NCBI GenBank assembly: GCA_963763625.1
Contig: CAVXPH010000003.1
Coordinates: forward strand, 327,615-391,614
Source of the DNA: an uncultured beta proteobacterium
Lineage (GTDB): Bacteria; Pseudomonadota; Gammaproteobacteria; Burkholderiales; Casimicrobiaceae
Length of the DNA stretch: 64,000 nt
Direction: 5' to 3'
In this document: positions 10,411 to 20,403 of the stretch, piece after piece
How the letters are laid out: every line of letters begins with the position of its first letter
Position numbering within the stretch: the stretch's first letter is position 1
The notes under the pieces: generated by a model
The model's input: the letters and a program-made list of their open reading frames with translations, nothing else
Database searches by the model: none
What the model was told of the DNA's origin: nothing
Made by a program: the position numbers and the translations under genes

Positions 10411-10923
10411 ATGATCTTAGGTATGTCGACATCCACGTTTACTTTGGTTCACGTTCTCTTGAGCCTGGTGGGGATCTTCACGGGGTTCGTCGTGCTATTC
10501 GGCATATTGAGCTCGAAAAAAGCCGATGGCTGGACAGCGCTCTTCCTCACAACGACCGTCTTGACGAGCCTTACCGGATTCCCCTTCCCACGGGACCACA
10601 TTTTGCCGTCTCATATCGTCGGCGTGATATCGCTGGTCGTGCTGGCGATTGCCATCTTTGCGCTTTACTCTCGCCACTTGGCGGGACCCTGGCGCTGGAT
10701 CTACGTGGTGGGGGCAGTGGTGGCCCTTTACTTGAATGTGTTCGTCGCCGTTGTGCAGGCATTCCTGAAGGTGCCGACACTAAACAGGCTGGCCCCGACG
10801 CAATCGGAACCACCGTTCGTGGTCGCGCAAGCTGTGGTACTGCTTGTCTTCATCGTGCTTGGTGTCTTGGCCGTGCGATCGTTTTACCCGCGGCCCGACG
10901 CACTGGCACCAAATGCGGTTTGA
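10411..10923 (+). CDS. conserved hypothetical membrane protein (4-5 TM)
   Basis: 170-aa ORF with AAGGAG 7 nt upstream of the ATG. Hydrophobic helices alternate along the sequence. I recognise no catalytic motif. Confidence 0.6.
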   Translation: MILGMSTSTFTLVHVLLSLVGIFTGFVVLFGILSSKKADGWTALFLTTTVLTSLTGFPFPRDHILPSHIVGVISLVVLAIAIFALYSRHLAGPWRWIYVVGAVVALYLNVFVAVVQAFLKVPTLNRLAPTQSEPPFVVAQAVVLLVFIVLGVLAVRSFYPRPDALAPNAV

Positions 10924-10953
10924 ACTTCAGGCAACTCGTAAGGAGGCTGGGCA

Positions 10954-11484
10954 ATGAACACCAAATCTGCAGCGAAACAGCGGGTTGCGCCACTCGGTAC
11001 GCCAACGGGCCTTCGGTCTGAGGCCAGAGGCGATATCGCCGGTGCGCTCAATGCGTTGCTCGCGGACATCTTCGCGTTGTATCTGAAGACAAAGAACTTC
11101 CACTGGCACATGTCCGGTCCCCACTTTCGAGACTATCATCTTCTCCTGGACGAGCAGGCTGACCAGCTGTTTGGGGCCACCGACGCAATTGCCGAACGCG
11201 TGCGCAAGGTCGGCGGGACGACGCTGCACTCGATTGGCCATATCGGCCGCTTGCAGCGCGTGCTGGATAACGACGCAGATTTCGTCACGCCGCTCGACAT
11301 GCTGGCCGAATTGCGTGACGACAACAAGCAGCTCGCGGAACGGATGCGCGAAACGCACAGCCTATGCGACGAACACGGTGATGTCGCGACGGCGAGCCTT
11401 CTGGAGAATTGGATCGACGAGGCCGAGCATCGCGTTTGGTATCTGTTCGAGGCAAGCCGGCCTGGCGAAGCACCGGGCCGTTGA
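10954..11484 (+). CDS. dps: Dps family DNA-protection/ferritin-like protein
   Basis: Matches the Dps ferroxidase-centre region (FALYLKTKNFHWHMSGPHFRDYHLLLDEQ ... DMLAELRDDNKQL ... HGDVATASLLENWIDEAEHRVWYL). AAGGAGG RBS. Confidence 0.9.
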   Translation: MNTKSAAKQRVAPLGTPTGLRSEARGDIAGALNALLADIFALYLKTKNFHWHMSGPHFRDYHLLLDEQADQLFGATDAIAERVRKVGGTTLHSIGHIGRLQRVLDNDADFVTPLDMLAELRDDNKQLAERMRETHSLCDEHGDVATASLLENWIDEAEHRVWYLFEASRPGEAPGR

Positions 11485-11767
11485 TCGATCGCAGCCCAAC
11501 ACTGACACTGCGGCACTGGGCCGTTGCAGCAGGCTCGGCTCGACCTCTAGGCGGCGGAATGCGGCTAGCGCCGATCCGGCCGGATGGATCGCCGGGGAAG
11601 CCTTTACGCCGCTTCCTCCAGTGCCGGTAAGTCGCGCGCCGGGCAGCCTTGCGCTACCATGGCCGAGGCAGAATACACGTCGGGTTGATCACCTTTCGTG
11701 GGCCAGGTTCGCTTGCGTGCCCGGGCGAACGACGGCAATCCCAATTTGGATGCGAACGAGGCGGTAG

Positions 11768-12454
11768 ATGAATAAATCACCCTCGCTGCTCGACGAGCTG
11801 CGGACTCAATACGAGACGGTGCGCCAAACGTCGCATGAGCATGCCGATGTCGAGACCTTCCAGGCAATCGACTCGCGGCTGCGCAAGGCATTTCGTTGGC
11901 TGGAAAGGGCGGTTACGTACCTCGATGGGCTCAAATCCCCCATCGCTCACCGCTTCGATCTGGGTCACGGCCTCGTGTTCGAATCGCCGCGGTTCGGACA
12001 CGGGTCTGTCGGATTTCACGAGCAGCGCATCGTTGGTTTCCCGGTGATCGACGAAATCAACATCTATTATGAGATCACGGCCTCCAAGCCACTCGCCCTT
12101 GAAGTCGCACCCGGAGGTGTGGCGCTCGCGGAAAAGGCACTCGACGACGCGGGGCTGCAGTACACCAGCCGCCGCGTGGAAGACGCGGGCGGGATCGTGC
12201 ACAAGTGTTCGATTTCGGTTCCGCCAGCGATACCGGCAGCGGTCTTGTTTCGCAGCGACTATCAGACCGGACTGGTAACCGTGGCACTCGCGAACGTCGA
12301 TCGACTCGATCGCGTGACGTTGGAATTTCACAGCAACTCAATCGAAGAGCCCGTGCTCGAAGATCTGGTGCGGTTAATCCTCGGCCGGGACTCGGCCTTC
12401 CTCCGCCGCGCTCCGCTCGCAGGCTTGCATCCCCGACCGGCACCCGGCGCGTAG
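11768..12454 (+). CDS. hypothetical protein
   Basis: 228-aa ORF with balanced, coding-like composition and high GC3. I recognise no family. Confidence 0.5.
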   Translation: MNKSPSLLDELRTQYETVRQTSHEHADVETFQAIDSRLRKAFRWLERAVTYLDGLKSPIAHRFDLGHGLVFESPRFGHGSVGFHEQRIVGFPVIDEINIYYEITASKPLALEVAPGGVALAEKALDDAGLQYTSRRVEDAGGIVHKCSISVPPAIPAAVLFRSDYQTGLVTVALANVDRLDRVTLEFHSNSIEEPVLEDLVRLILGRDSAFLRRAPLAGLHPRPAPGA

Positions 12455-12466
12455 ACCTGGTCGGCC

Positions 12467-13099
12467 ATGGATACCCTGAGCACGCTGTTCGAACAGTACG
12501 GATTGCTGCTCGTATTCGGGGCGGTCCTCGTCGAACAGATTGGCCCGCCCCTGCCATCGGGCCCACTGCTCATGGTCGCTGGTGCCTTGGCCAGCGAGGC
12601 GCGGGTAGCCGCGTTGTCGGTCGCCGCCGTGGCCTGGGTAGCCGGGATGCTCGGCAAGGTTATTCTGTACTTCGTGGGCGGGCGTTACGGCAGGCAGGCG
12701 ATGGGCGCGTTGTGCCGGCTGGCGGTGACGCCGAACGCCAGTATCGGCAAAACCGACAGGCACTTCGAGCGCTGGGGCGCGGTGCTGTTGATTGTCGCCG
12801 AGTTCATTCCCGGAATAAGGACGCTCGCGCCATCAATTGCCGGAGCGGAGAAACTCTCCCCGACCCCATTCTTGTTTTACAGCGCACTCGGCGCGGCGTT
12901 ATGGACAGCAATCTATCTGGGTGCCGGGCTCCTGTTTCGCGACCAGATTGGTCGGATTCTCGCTCTTGTCGAGCACTCCGGCAAAGTCGCGCTCGCGGCA
13001 ATTGCTGCCATAATTGCGGCCTACTTTATCGCCAGGTGGTGGAGACGACGGAGGTCCCTCAAGGCGCCAGTTCCACCTAATGCAGACACCCCTGGTTAG
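12467..13099 (+). CDS. DedA/VTT-domain membrane protein
   Basis: N-terminal LLLVFGAVLVEQIGPPLPSGPLLMVAG and later LLIVAEFIPGIRTLAPSIAG match the DedA (SNARE-associated) pattern. Confidence 0.8.
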   Translation: MDTLSTLFEQYGLLLVFGAVLVEQIGPPLPSGPLLMVAGALASEARVAALSVAAVAWVAGMLGKVILYFVGGRYGRQAMGALCRLAVTPNASIGKTDRHFERWGAVLLIVAEFIPGIRTLAPSIAGAEKLSPTPFLFYSALGAALWTAIYLGAGLLFRDQIGRILALVEHSGKVALAAIAAIIAAYFIARWWRRRRSLKAPVPPNADTPG

Positions 13100-13181
13100 C
13101 GAGGCGCGATCTTTTCGCCTTTTTCGCTGATACAGGATCCACAGACTTCGCTTTTCCGCGTCGACTACTCGAGGACAATCC

Positions 13182-13868
13182 ATGATCAAGTTTTACTACA
13201 ATCTCGCACCCAACCCCACCAAGGTGGCGCTGTTCCTCGAGGAATCGGGCCTGCCATACGAACCGATACCAGTCGATACGCGCAAGGGCGAGCAGCACGC
13301 ACCGACGTATCGGGCAATCAATCCCAATGGCAAAGTCCCGGCGATCATCGACGACGAAGCTACGGTGTTCGACAGCAACGCGATCCTGTTGTACCTGGCC
13401 GAGAAGACTGGGAAGTTCCTGCCTGAAAACACGCCGGCGGCCCGTGGTCGCCTTTACTCCTGGCTGATGTTTGTAGCCTCCGGCATTGGCCCGTATTCCG
13501 GTCAGGCTGTGCATTTCAAGCACCATGCGCCCGAGCAGCTGACGTATGCCATCAATCGCTACGCGTTCGAGGCCAAGCGACACTACGGCATTCTGGACGC
13601 ACAACTTGCCAAGCACCGATACATGCTAGGCGACGCCTACACGATCGTCGATATGGACGTCTGGGGCTGGGCGCGCCTCGTGCCGTTTGTGCTGGGCGAC
13701 GATGCGCTGCCGAAATTCCCCAGCCTCAAGCGGCTCGTGGACGAAATCAGCGCGCGGCCGGCAGCGGCGCGGGCGCTGGCTTTAAAGGACAGGCACACGT
13801 TCAAAACGGAAATGGACGACGACGCTCGGCGCCACTTGTTTCCTCAGATCGCGCAGACGACCCACTAG
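13182..13868 (+). CDS. glutathione S-transferase family protein
   Basis: The N-terminal thioredoxin-like GST domain is recognisable (PNPTKVALFLEESGLPYE..VDTRKGEQH...INPNGKVPAIID...VFDSNAILLYLAEK). GAGGA RBS. Confidence 0.85.
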   Translation: MIKFYYNLAPNPTKVALFLEESGLPYEPIPVDTRKGEQHAPTYRAINPNGKVPAIIDDEATVFDSNAILLYLAEKTGKFLPENTPAARGRLYSWLMFVASGIGPYSGQAVHFKHHAPEQLTYAINRYAFEAKRHYGILDAQLAKHRYMLGDAYTIVDMDVWGWARLVPFVLGDDALPKFPSLKRLVDEISARPAAARALALKDRHTFKTEMDDDARRHLFPQIAQTTH

Positions 13869-13963
13869 GGGAATGCCGCAACCGCCACCGGCACGGGACC
13901 TGGCGCATCACCGACGCCCACTTGTACCGTGCCAAGGCGACGGTCGGGCGCGTTGGCGCGTTA

Positions 13964-15112
13964 TTAGCCTACGCGGGACGTGGCCCTCCATTTTGCCAAC
14001 AGTTCCACTTCGCGTTCCGGAGGCAAGCCCGCCTTCAACTTTGCCTGCCTCTCCGCCGGTTGCTGCTTGAACCACGCAAGCGTATCCGAAGCCGTGGTGG
14101 CGAGGGGACGGAATGTTAACCCCTTGGCAAGCGCTTTGCGGATGCTGCGCCTTGCGAACCCCGCGCTCTCGCCTTGGCCGGGGACCCATACCGGCATATC
14201 ACTCCACGGTGCGACCTTCTGCGCTTCCAGGAAACCGGTGGGCACCCACGCAATCCGTGCGTCGGCGTGAACCGCCGCCGCGATGCCGGTCAGCATGTCG
14301 CGCATCTTGATGGGGAGTTCGGGACCGGTAGCGTTAAACGTGCCGAACGTACGCGATTCGGCGACACGGACAGTCCACTCGGCGAGGTCGCGGGCATCAA
14401 TGAACTGCACAGGGTCGGAGCCGTCGCCGGGCGCCAGGACTTCGCCCCCGCGCGCGAGGCGGACGGGCCAGTAGGTAAATCGATCGCTCTGGTCGCCCGG
14501 CCCGACGATGAGGCCGGGTCGGATGATTGTGGTCCTTCCAGGGAACTGTTTCTCCGCTTCCTGCTCGCTTATCGCTTTGAGAGGCCCGTAGAGTTCGCCG
14601 ATGTTTGCGCGAAATGAGTCCCACGTCTCAGCCATTGCATCCTTACCGTTGTAGCTGGCCAGGGGAGCAGACTCATCGGCCGGTTTGTCGCCATCGGCAT
14701 ATACGGAAATCGTCGATATGAAAACATACTGTTCAATCTTGCCGTGCAACACGTTGCCGGCATCTCGCACCCAGAACGGGAGCGTGGTGGGGTTGTCGAT
14801 GCATACATCCCATTCGCGACCTTCCAGCGCCTTCAGATCCCCCGTGTTCCGGTCGCCGATCAATTCCTCGACCTGGCCGGACCATGCATCCGGCTCTCTG
14901 CCGCGATTGAACAGGGTCACCTTGTGCCCGCGCGCGAGCGCGTACCGCACCTGGTGCGGCCCCATAAAACCGGTGCCGCCTAAAATAAGAATGCGCAATT
15001 GTTTCACGGGGGGCCCCGACATATAAGCCGCAAGACCAATCTGTCCTCGCAATGCAATCCCTGTGGCTGCAAGGACGGATAGGTTGATCAGATTTCGGCG
15101 TGTCAATCGCAT
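13964..15112 (-). CDS. NAD-dependent epimerase/dehydratase (extended SDR) family protein with a Tat-type signal
   Basis: MRLTRRNLINLSVLAATGIAL is a twin-arginine leader. It is followed by the Rossmann motif ILILGGTGFMGPHQV. Confidence 0.75.
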   Translation of the reverse strand: MRLTRRNLINLSVLAATGIALRGQIGLAAYMSGPPVKQLRILILGGTGFMGPHQVRYALARGHKVTLFNRGREPDAWSGQVEELIGDRNTGDLKALEGREWDVCIDNPTTLPFWVRDAGNVLHGKIEQYVFISTISVYADGDKPADESAPLASYNGKDAMAETWDSFRANIGELYGPLKAISEQEAEKQFPGRTTIIRPGLIVGPGDQSDRFTYWPVRLARGGEVLAPGDGSDPVQFIDARDLAEWTVRVAESRTFGTFNATGPELPIKMRDMLTGIAAAVHADARIAWVPTGFLEAQKVAPWSDMPVWVPGQGESAGFARRSIRKALAKGLTFRPLATTASDTLAWFKQQPAERQAKLKAGLPPEREVELLAKWRATSRVG

Positions 15113-15215
15113 CGTGATGCCCCTGTAAGCATTGCCCAGCCGACGTGATTGTCATGGCTGCCATATGGAAGTCTAGTACGCGCCAGAGTTTTTTTGAACA
15201 CCGGGCAGGCAGGCT

Positions 15216-16292
15216 TCAGGGCGCCACCGCGAGAAACAGGAATGCGGCGAAGATGACAAGGTGCACGATACCCTGAAGCACCGTGGTGCGGCCGGTTCCT
15301 AACGTGACCACGCCGACGAAGAGCGTCAGCCCAAGCAGGACCTCCTCCTTCGGACCCAATCCAAGCTCGAGCGGCCGGCGGAGCGCGATCGAAGTGACGG
15401 CAACGACCGGGATCGTCAGGCCAATTGTCGCAAGCGCCGACCCGAGGGCCAGGTTCAAGCTGGTCTGCAGCTGGTTGGCGTGCGCTGCCTTCAGCGCCGC
15501 CAAGCCCTCGGGCAGCAACACCAGCGTGGCGATGACAATCCCCACCACGGCCTTTGGCCCATGAAGCCAGGCCACGGTGATCTCCAGCGTGGGTGTGAGG
15601 GCCTTGGCGAGGCCCACGACCACGAGCAGCGAGATAAGAAGCAGGATGACGCTGACAAGCGTGTTCCTGCCGGAGGGGCGCAGGGCAGGGGCCTCGACGC
15701 TGCCGCCTCCAACAGGCAGAAAGTCGTTGCGGTGGCGCACGGTTTGAACGAAAACGAACGAGCCATAGAGCACCAACGAGACCGTGCCGGCGAAAGCAAG
15801 CTGCGACGTGCTGAAGAGCGGACCGGGTACGCTGGTCGTGACATTGGGCAGAATGAGGGAAAGCGTCGTCAGCGCGGCCAGCACGGCCAGCGCTGCGCTC
15901 GCACCCTGGACCTGAAAGCCCTGCTCGTGGTGGCGCACCCCGCCCGCCAGCAGGCACAGGCCCACGACGCCGTTGCACGCAATCATGATGGCCGCGAACA
16001 CTGTATCGCGCGCCAGCGATGGCGCTGCAGTCCCGATCATGAGGGTGACGATCAGCGTCACCTCTATGACGGTCACCGCGACCGCCAAGACAAGCGTACC
16101 GAAGGGCTCGCCAATCCGATGCGCGATTACTTCCGCGTGATATACGGCCGCGAACACGGCCGCGATCAAAGCCGCTCCGGCAGCTGCTGCGACGACTCCG
16201 TCCGTTTGGGCAAAGATTGTCACGCTCAGCATGGCCAATCCCACGGCGGGCCATGCCCATGCCCACCAAGGTGTTCGTGTTGTGGCCATCAT
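15216..16292 (-). CDS. CaCA-family calcium/cation:proton antiporter (ChaA-like)
   Basis: 358-aa polytopic protein. AEVIAHRIGEPFGTLVLAVAVTVIEV and LAALKAAHANQLQTSLNLALGSALATI resemble the paired alpha-repeats of Ca2+/H+ exchangers. Confidence 0.75.
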   Translation of the reverse strand: MMATTRTPWWAWAWPAVGLAMLSVTIFAQTDGVVAAAAGAALIAAVFAAVYHAEVIAHRIGEPFGTLVLAVAVTVIEVTLIVTLMIGTAAPSLARDTVFAAIMIACNGVVGLCLLAGGVRHHEQGFQVQGASAALAVLAALTTLSLILPNVTTSVPGPLFSTSQLAFAGTVSLVLYGSFVFVQTVRHRNDFLPVGGGSVEAPALRPSGRNTLVSVILLLISLLVVVGLAKALTPTLEITVAWLHGPKAVVGIVIATLVLLPEGLAALKAAHANQLQTSLNLALGSALATIGLTIPVVAVTSIALRRPLELGLGPKEEVLLGLTLFVGVVTLGTGRTTVLQGIVHLVIFAAFLFLAVAP

Positions 16293-16512
16293 GATCGTCC
16301 CCTTGAGTTCACGGTTTTACCCCGCCTTGCAACCGTCAAGATTCGGCATGCATGCAGCTCACGATGCACATCAGTCTATGATACATTGCTGCAGCATGCG
16401 GACCCGCTTGGCATGCGAGCAAAGGGCTCATCGAAAAGCAGTAACCGATCGCCGCCTGCGCTGCGCTGCTCTCGCAGTGGTGTGGGCTTGGTGAATAACC
16501 CGGGGAGCCATC

Positions 16513-17013
16513 ATGTCGCGTTCATTCATCCGCATGGCTGTGGTGGTGCTTGCCATTGCGGGTTTGTTGACCTCCAGCATCGCCGAAGCACAGTGGGTGT
16601 TGCTCGCGCGGCGCGCCGTCGGTCGCGTCCAATCCATGTCGCAAACCACCAAGGATGGGACGTCGACCTTCGACACGGCGGCAGTTATCCTCGACGTCCC
16701 GGTTGAAAAGGTCTATGCCACACTGAAGAGCTCCCTGGAGCGCGCGCAAGCGACGCAGGGCATCACCATCACGCTTGAGGACGATGCGCAACGTTACGTC
16801 GCGTTCAGCAAAGGCGAGCAGAGCGTAGCCATCCAGCTCGCCATGCTTGGCGACAATCTGACCCATTTGATGGTGTCGTCAGCACGGCCGGCTGCCAGCG
16901 CGGGAATCGGCACCACCAACGGTAATGAGCCGCCGCCAACGGTAATCATTGTCGACAAGATCCTGGCGGTGTGCAAGGAAATGAACGTGGAGTGTTTCAG
17001 ACCCACGCCGTGA
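16513..17013 (+). CDS. hypothetical secreted protein
   Basis: 166 aa. The signal peptide MSRSFIRMAVVVLAIAGLLTSSIAEA|Q has an AxA cleavage site. No family recognised. Confidence 0.55.
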   Translation: MSRSFIRMAVVVLAIAGLLTSSIAEAQWVLLARRAVGRVQSMSQTTKDGTSTFDTAAVILDVPVEKVYATLKSSLERAQATQGITITLEDDAQRYVAFSKGEQSVAIQLAMLGDNLTHLMVSSARPAASAGIGTTNGNEPPPTVIIVDKILAVCKEMNVECFRPTP

Positions 17014-17140
17014 CTTTGTTGACAGGGAGCAAGAGTATTTCGCCGATTCGGCTGTTGGGCCAGTCGCTGACTTATGTGTCGGCGGCGTGGTCATGCGGTA
17101 ACGCTCCCGCTGCATCGGGCGGAACGATGGGGGCACACAC

Positions 17141-17968
17141 CTGAAGGATACGGCTGTAATCACCGGCACCACGCACGGCATCGGCCTCGTCACGAGTCTT
17201 GAGCTTGCAAGAGCAGGACGAAGCGTGGTGATGCTGTGTCGCGACATGGATGCAGGCTCTCGGGTGCGTGACCAAATTCGGGCACAGGTGCCACACGCAT
17301 CGCTCGACCTGCTTCAATGTGACCTCGCGTCCTTGGGGTCCGTACGTGAGTGCGCAAAGAACCTGCAACAGCTGGATGGAATCGACCTTCTCATCAACAA
17401 CGCGGGCATGATCAGCACGAAGCACAGGAGTTCGGTAGATGGATTCGAACTCACCTTCGCGACAAATTATCTCGGTCCATTCCTGCTTACGCGTTTGCTG
17501 CTGGATCGCGTGACGCCATCAGGCCGCATCATCAATGTCGCCTCGCGCGCTCATTATCGTGGGCGGCTTGACCTGGACCAGGTAACCAATCGGCACGCTC
17601 GCTACAGCAGTATCGCCGCGTACGCCCGTTCGAAGCTGGCCAACGTTTGTCATACCTTTGCGCTGGCACGCCGGCTATCCGGCACGCGGATCACGGCAAA
17701 CTGTCTTCACCCTGGCGTTGTTGCGACCAACCTGCTGCCGCGATGGCTGCGTGTCGTGAAGCCACTGTTAAGTCGGGTTATTTTCGACGCCGAGCGCGGT
17801 GCAAAAACCACCCTGTACCTCGCATTGTCAGGCGAAGTCGCTGATGTGAGTGGTCAATATTTCGATGAAAACCAGAAGATACAGCCGGCGGCAGGACCTG
17901 CCCTGGACATCGAGCTGCAGGATTTGCTATGGAACATGAGTGACCGCTGGGTCGGCACGTCCAATTGA
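17141..17968 (+). CDS. SDR family oxidoreductase (retinol-dehydrogenase-like); start unresolved or possibly frameshifted
   Basis: The track ORF starts at GTG 17225. However, the cofactor motif TAVITGTTHGIG is encoded in-frame upstream (17147..17185), so the true start must lie upstream of 17225. The frame is open only from 17102 and has no ATG/GTG/TTG before 17225. See the finding on the G5 run at 17129-17133. Confidence 0.7.
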   Translation: MKDTAVITGTTHGIGLVTSLELARAGRSVVMLCRDMDAGSRVRDQIRAQVPHASLDLLQCDLASLGSVRECAKNLQQLDGIDLLINNAGMISTKHRSSVDGFELTFATNYLGPFLLTRLLLDRVTPSGRIINVASRAHYRGRLDLDQVTNRHARYSSIAAYARSKLANVCHTFALARRLSGTRITANCLHPGVVATNLLPRWLRVVKPLLSRVIFDAERGAKTTLYLALSGEVADVSGQYFDENQKIQPAAGPALDIELQDLLWNMSDRWVGTSN

Positions 17969-18040
17969 CACGCGTTGCGTGTTGCCCACGTTTCTTTCCC
18001 TGCCATGACCCGCGCATCCGATACGACTGAAAGGACCAAG

Positions 18041-18904
18041 ATGGATTCCAGCGATTTCCGTGTGCCGCCGGGGGAGAAGGTCAATCTCAAGCAGTGGCCG
18101 ACTTGCGTGGACCCAGTGTACAAATCCAAAGAGCACTACAAGCTTCTGATGGAGGAGCACGTGGCGAAACTAAGCTCGCTGCAGGAGCTTCTTTATGCTT
18201 CCAACCGCTATGCGGTCCTGCTCATATTTCAGGCTATGGACGCGGCGGGAAAGGATAGCTCCATCAAGCATGTGATGTCCGGCGTCAATCCCCAAGGTTG
18301 CCAGGTATTTACCTTCAAGCATCCGAGCGCTGAGGAGTTGGAACACGATTTTCTCTGGCGCACGACGCGCAATCTGCCAGCGCGTGGGCGGATCGGAATA
18401 TTCAACCGCTCCCAATATGAGGAGGTGCTTATCGTTCGGGTGCATCCGGAAATCCTCCGCAGCGAAGGTCTCCCGGACGCGTTAGAGGACAGGAAGTTGG
18501 TTTGGCGCAACCGTTATCGCTCCATCGTGGGCCTAGAGAGACATCTTTCCAGCAATGGAACCCGCATCATCAAGTTTTACCTTCACCTCTCGAAGGAGGA
18601 GCAGCGAAAGCGCTTCCTCGCACGCATCGAGGAGCCGGTAAAGAACTGGAAACTCAGTCTTGCGGACATAGAGGAGAGAAAATACTGGAAGCAGTACATG
18701 AAGGCGTATGAAGAATGCCTGAGCGCGACAAGCACGAGCGAGGCTCCTTGGTATATCGTGCCTGCGGACGACAAGAAAAATACTGGACTGATCGTTTCTC
18801 GAATCGTCCTCGATACGCTCGAAGGACTTAGAATGTCGTACCCGAAACCAGGTGCAGCACGCCGGCGCGAATTGTTGGCCATTCGCCGGAGTCTTAAGCG
18901 CTAG
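18041..18904 (+). CDS. ppk2: polyphosphate kinase 2 (PPK2) family protein
   Basis: PPK2 signature [47 protein letters not shown]...[20 protein letters not shown] 17975..18904 trimmed to ATG 18041, which has an AAAGGA RBS. Confidence 0.88.
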   Translation: MDSSDFRVPPGEKVNLKQWPTCVDPVYKSKEHYKLLMEEHVAKLSSLQELLYASNRYAVLLIFQAMDAAGKDSSIKHVMSGVNPQGCQVFTFKHPSAEELEHDFLWRTTRNLPARGRIGIFNRSQYEEVLIVRVHPEILRSEGLPDALEDRKLVWRNRYRSIVGLERHLSSNGTRIIKFYLHLSKEEQRKRFLARIEEPVKNWKLSLADIEERKYWKQYMKAYEECLSATSTSEAPWYIVPADDKKNTGLIVSRIVLDTLEGLRMSYPKPGAARRRELLAIRRSLKR

Positions 18905-18964
18905 ATTTCGGCAGAGCAGGGCAGAGAGCGCTTGAGCGCAAGAAGATGAAAAAACCTTGGCAGG

Positions 18965-20236
18965 ATGACTCCTGTGCCTGAATCAATGCGCGTCTTCGAC
19001 TGGCTTCCCCCCGAGGGATTCAAGATCCTGCTCGTGCTCTTCCTGTCCTTTCTCGTGGGCCTGGAGCGCGAGGAGCATGCGGGCGACGCGCACCGCGGTT
19101 TTGGAGGCGTTCGCACCTTTCCGCTTATCGGGTTGATTGGCTATGCCATGGCGCTCTTGGCGGGCGACCAGATCTGGCCGGTGGCATTGGTCTTCGTGGC
19201 AATCAGCGCGTTCCTGCTGCTGTCTTACTGGCACAAGCTCGTAACGCTGGCGGTGCCCGGCGCCACGTCGGAAATGGCGGCACTGGCCACCTACCTCATA
19301 GGCGCGCTGGTCTCGCAGGAGCAGTTCTGGATTGCAACCACCCTGGCCGTTGCCTGCATGATCCTGCTGGAGCTCAAGACTGCGCTCGAGGGGCTGGCTC
19401 AACGCATAGCGCCGGAAGACATTTTTACCTTCACGAAATTTCTGCTTTTGGCCGCGGTCATCCTGCCGATAGTTCCCAATCAGGAATTCACCTCGTTCCA
19501 GATCAATCCGTTCAAGACCTGGCTCGTCGTCGTTGCGGTCAGCGGCATTTCCTACGGCAGTTACGTCGTACAGAAGCTGGCCAAGGCACGAGGCGGTGTG
19601 CTCCTTGCCGCCATCCTTGGGGGCGCCTATTCGTCAACTTTGACGACAATAGTTCTCGCTAAAAGGGCGAAGGGCGACGTCCAGGAATACATGATATCGG
19701 GAGCGATTCTGATGGCATCCGGCGTGATGTATCTGCGCCTGGCGGTGCTGCTGGCACTGTTCAACCACGAACTGATGATGCGACTGGCACCGACGTTCAT
19801 CCTGCTGGCAGCGGCTGGCATCGGCGTAGGCTGGTTGTGGGCGCGCCGAGACGCATCGAGTTCGGCATTGCCCGACGCAGACCGTGAACCGGCAAACCCG
19901 CTGGAGATGCGCGCGGCCCTTGGGTTCGCATTGCTCTTCGTGGCCATGCTGATAGCGAGCCATCTCGCCGTCGCATACCTGGGCAAATCAGGCGTCTACA
20001 CGCTTGCCGCGGTCATGGGAATCACGGATGTAGATCCATTCATTATGAGCATGACCCAGGCGCCTGCGTCGACCGGTCCGACATTGGCCTCGGCCGCCAT
20101 TCTCATTGCCGCGGCCAGTAACAACGTCGCCAAAGGGGCGTACGCCTATGCACTGTCGCCACGCGGTACCGGTAGCAAGAGTCTGGCGTTGTTGTGCGGT
20201 TTGGCGGTGGCTGGCCTGTTGCCTTTGCTCTGGTAG
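18965..20236 (+). CDS. MgtC/SapB-family N-terminal domain fused to a DUF4010 membrane domain
   Basis: 423-aa polytopic protein. The N-terminus LLVLFLSFLVGLEREEH is the MgtC-type motif, and a long hydrophobic C-terminal half follows. Confidence 0.7.
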   Translation: MTPVPESMRVFDWLPPEGFKILLVLFLSFLVGLEREEHAGDAHRGFGGVRTFPLIGLIGYAMALLAGDQIWPVALVFVAISAFLLLSYWHKLVTLAVPGATSEMAALATYLIGALVSQEQFWIATTLAVACMILLELKTALEGLAQRIAPEDIFTFTKFLLLAAVILPIVPNQEFTSFQINPFKTWLVVVAVSGISYGSYVVQKLAKARGGVLLAAILGGAYSSTLTTIVLAKRAKGDVQEYMISGAILMASGVMYLRLAVLLALFNHELMMRLAPTFILLAAAGIGVGWLWARRDASSSALPDADREPANPLEMRAALGFALLFVAMLIASHLAVAYLGKSGVYTLAAVMGITDVDPFIMSMTQAPASTGPTLASAAILIAAASNNVAKGAYAYALSPRGTGSKSLALLCGLAVAGLLPLLW

Positions 20237-20354
20237 AGCGCGATCGCCCCGCATGAGTTCGCGCCGTCGGCGTCGCTCCGTTGCTCGGAGCGCTCAGTAA
20301 GTGAACGAGTAGGCAACGTAGGTTGATACGCGATTGGTCTCAGCCGCATTTAGC

Positions 20355-20375
20355 GCCCCTTCCGGCCGAAGGGGC
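20355..20375. terminator. GC-rich hairpin between convergent genes (possible bidirectional terminator)
   Basis: gccccttc-cggcc-gaaggggc forms a perfect 8-bp stem with a 5-nt loop. It lies between the stops at 20236 (+) and 20404 (-). Neither side has a clear U-tract. Confidence 0.35.
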
Positions 20376-20403
20376 ACACGGAGGTTATTGATCTTGCCGG
20401 GGC

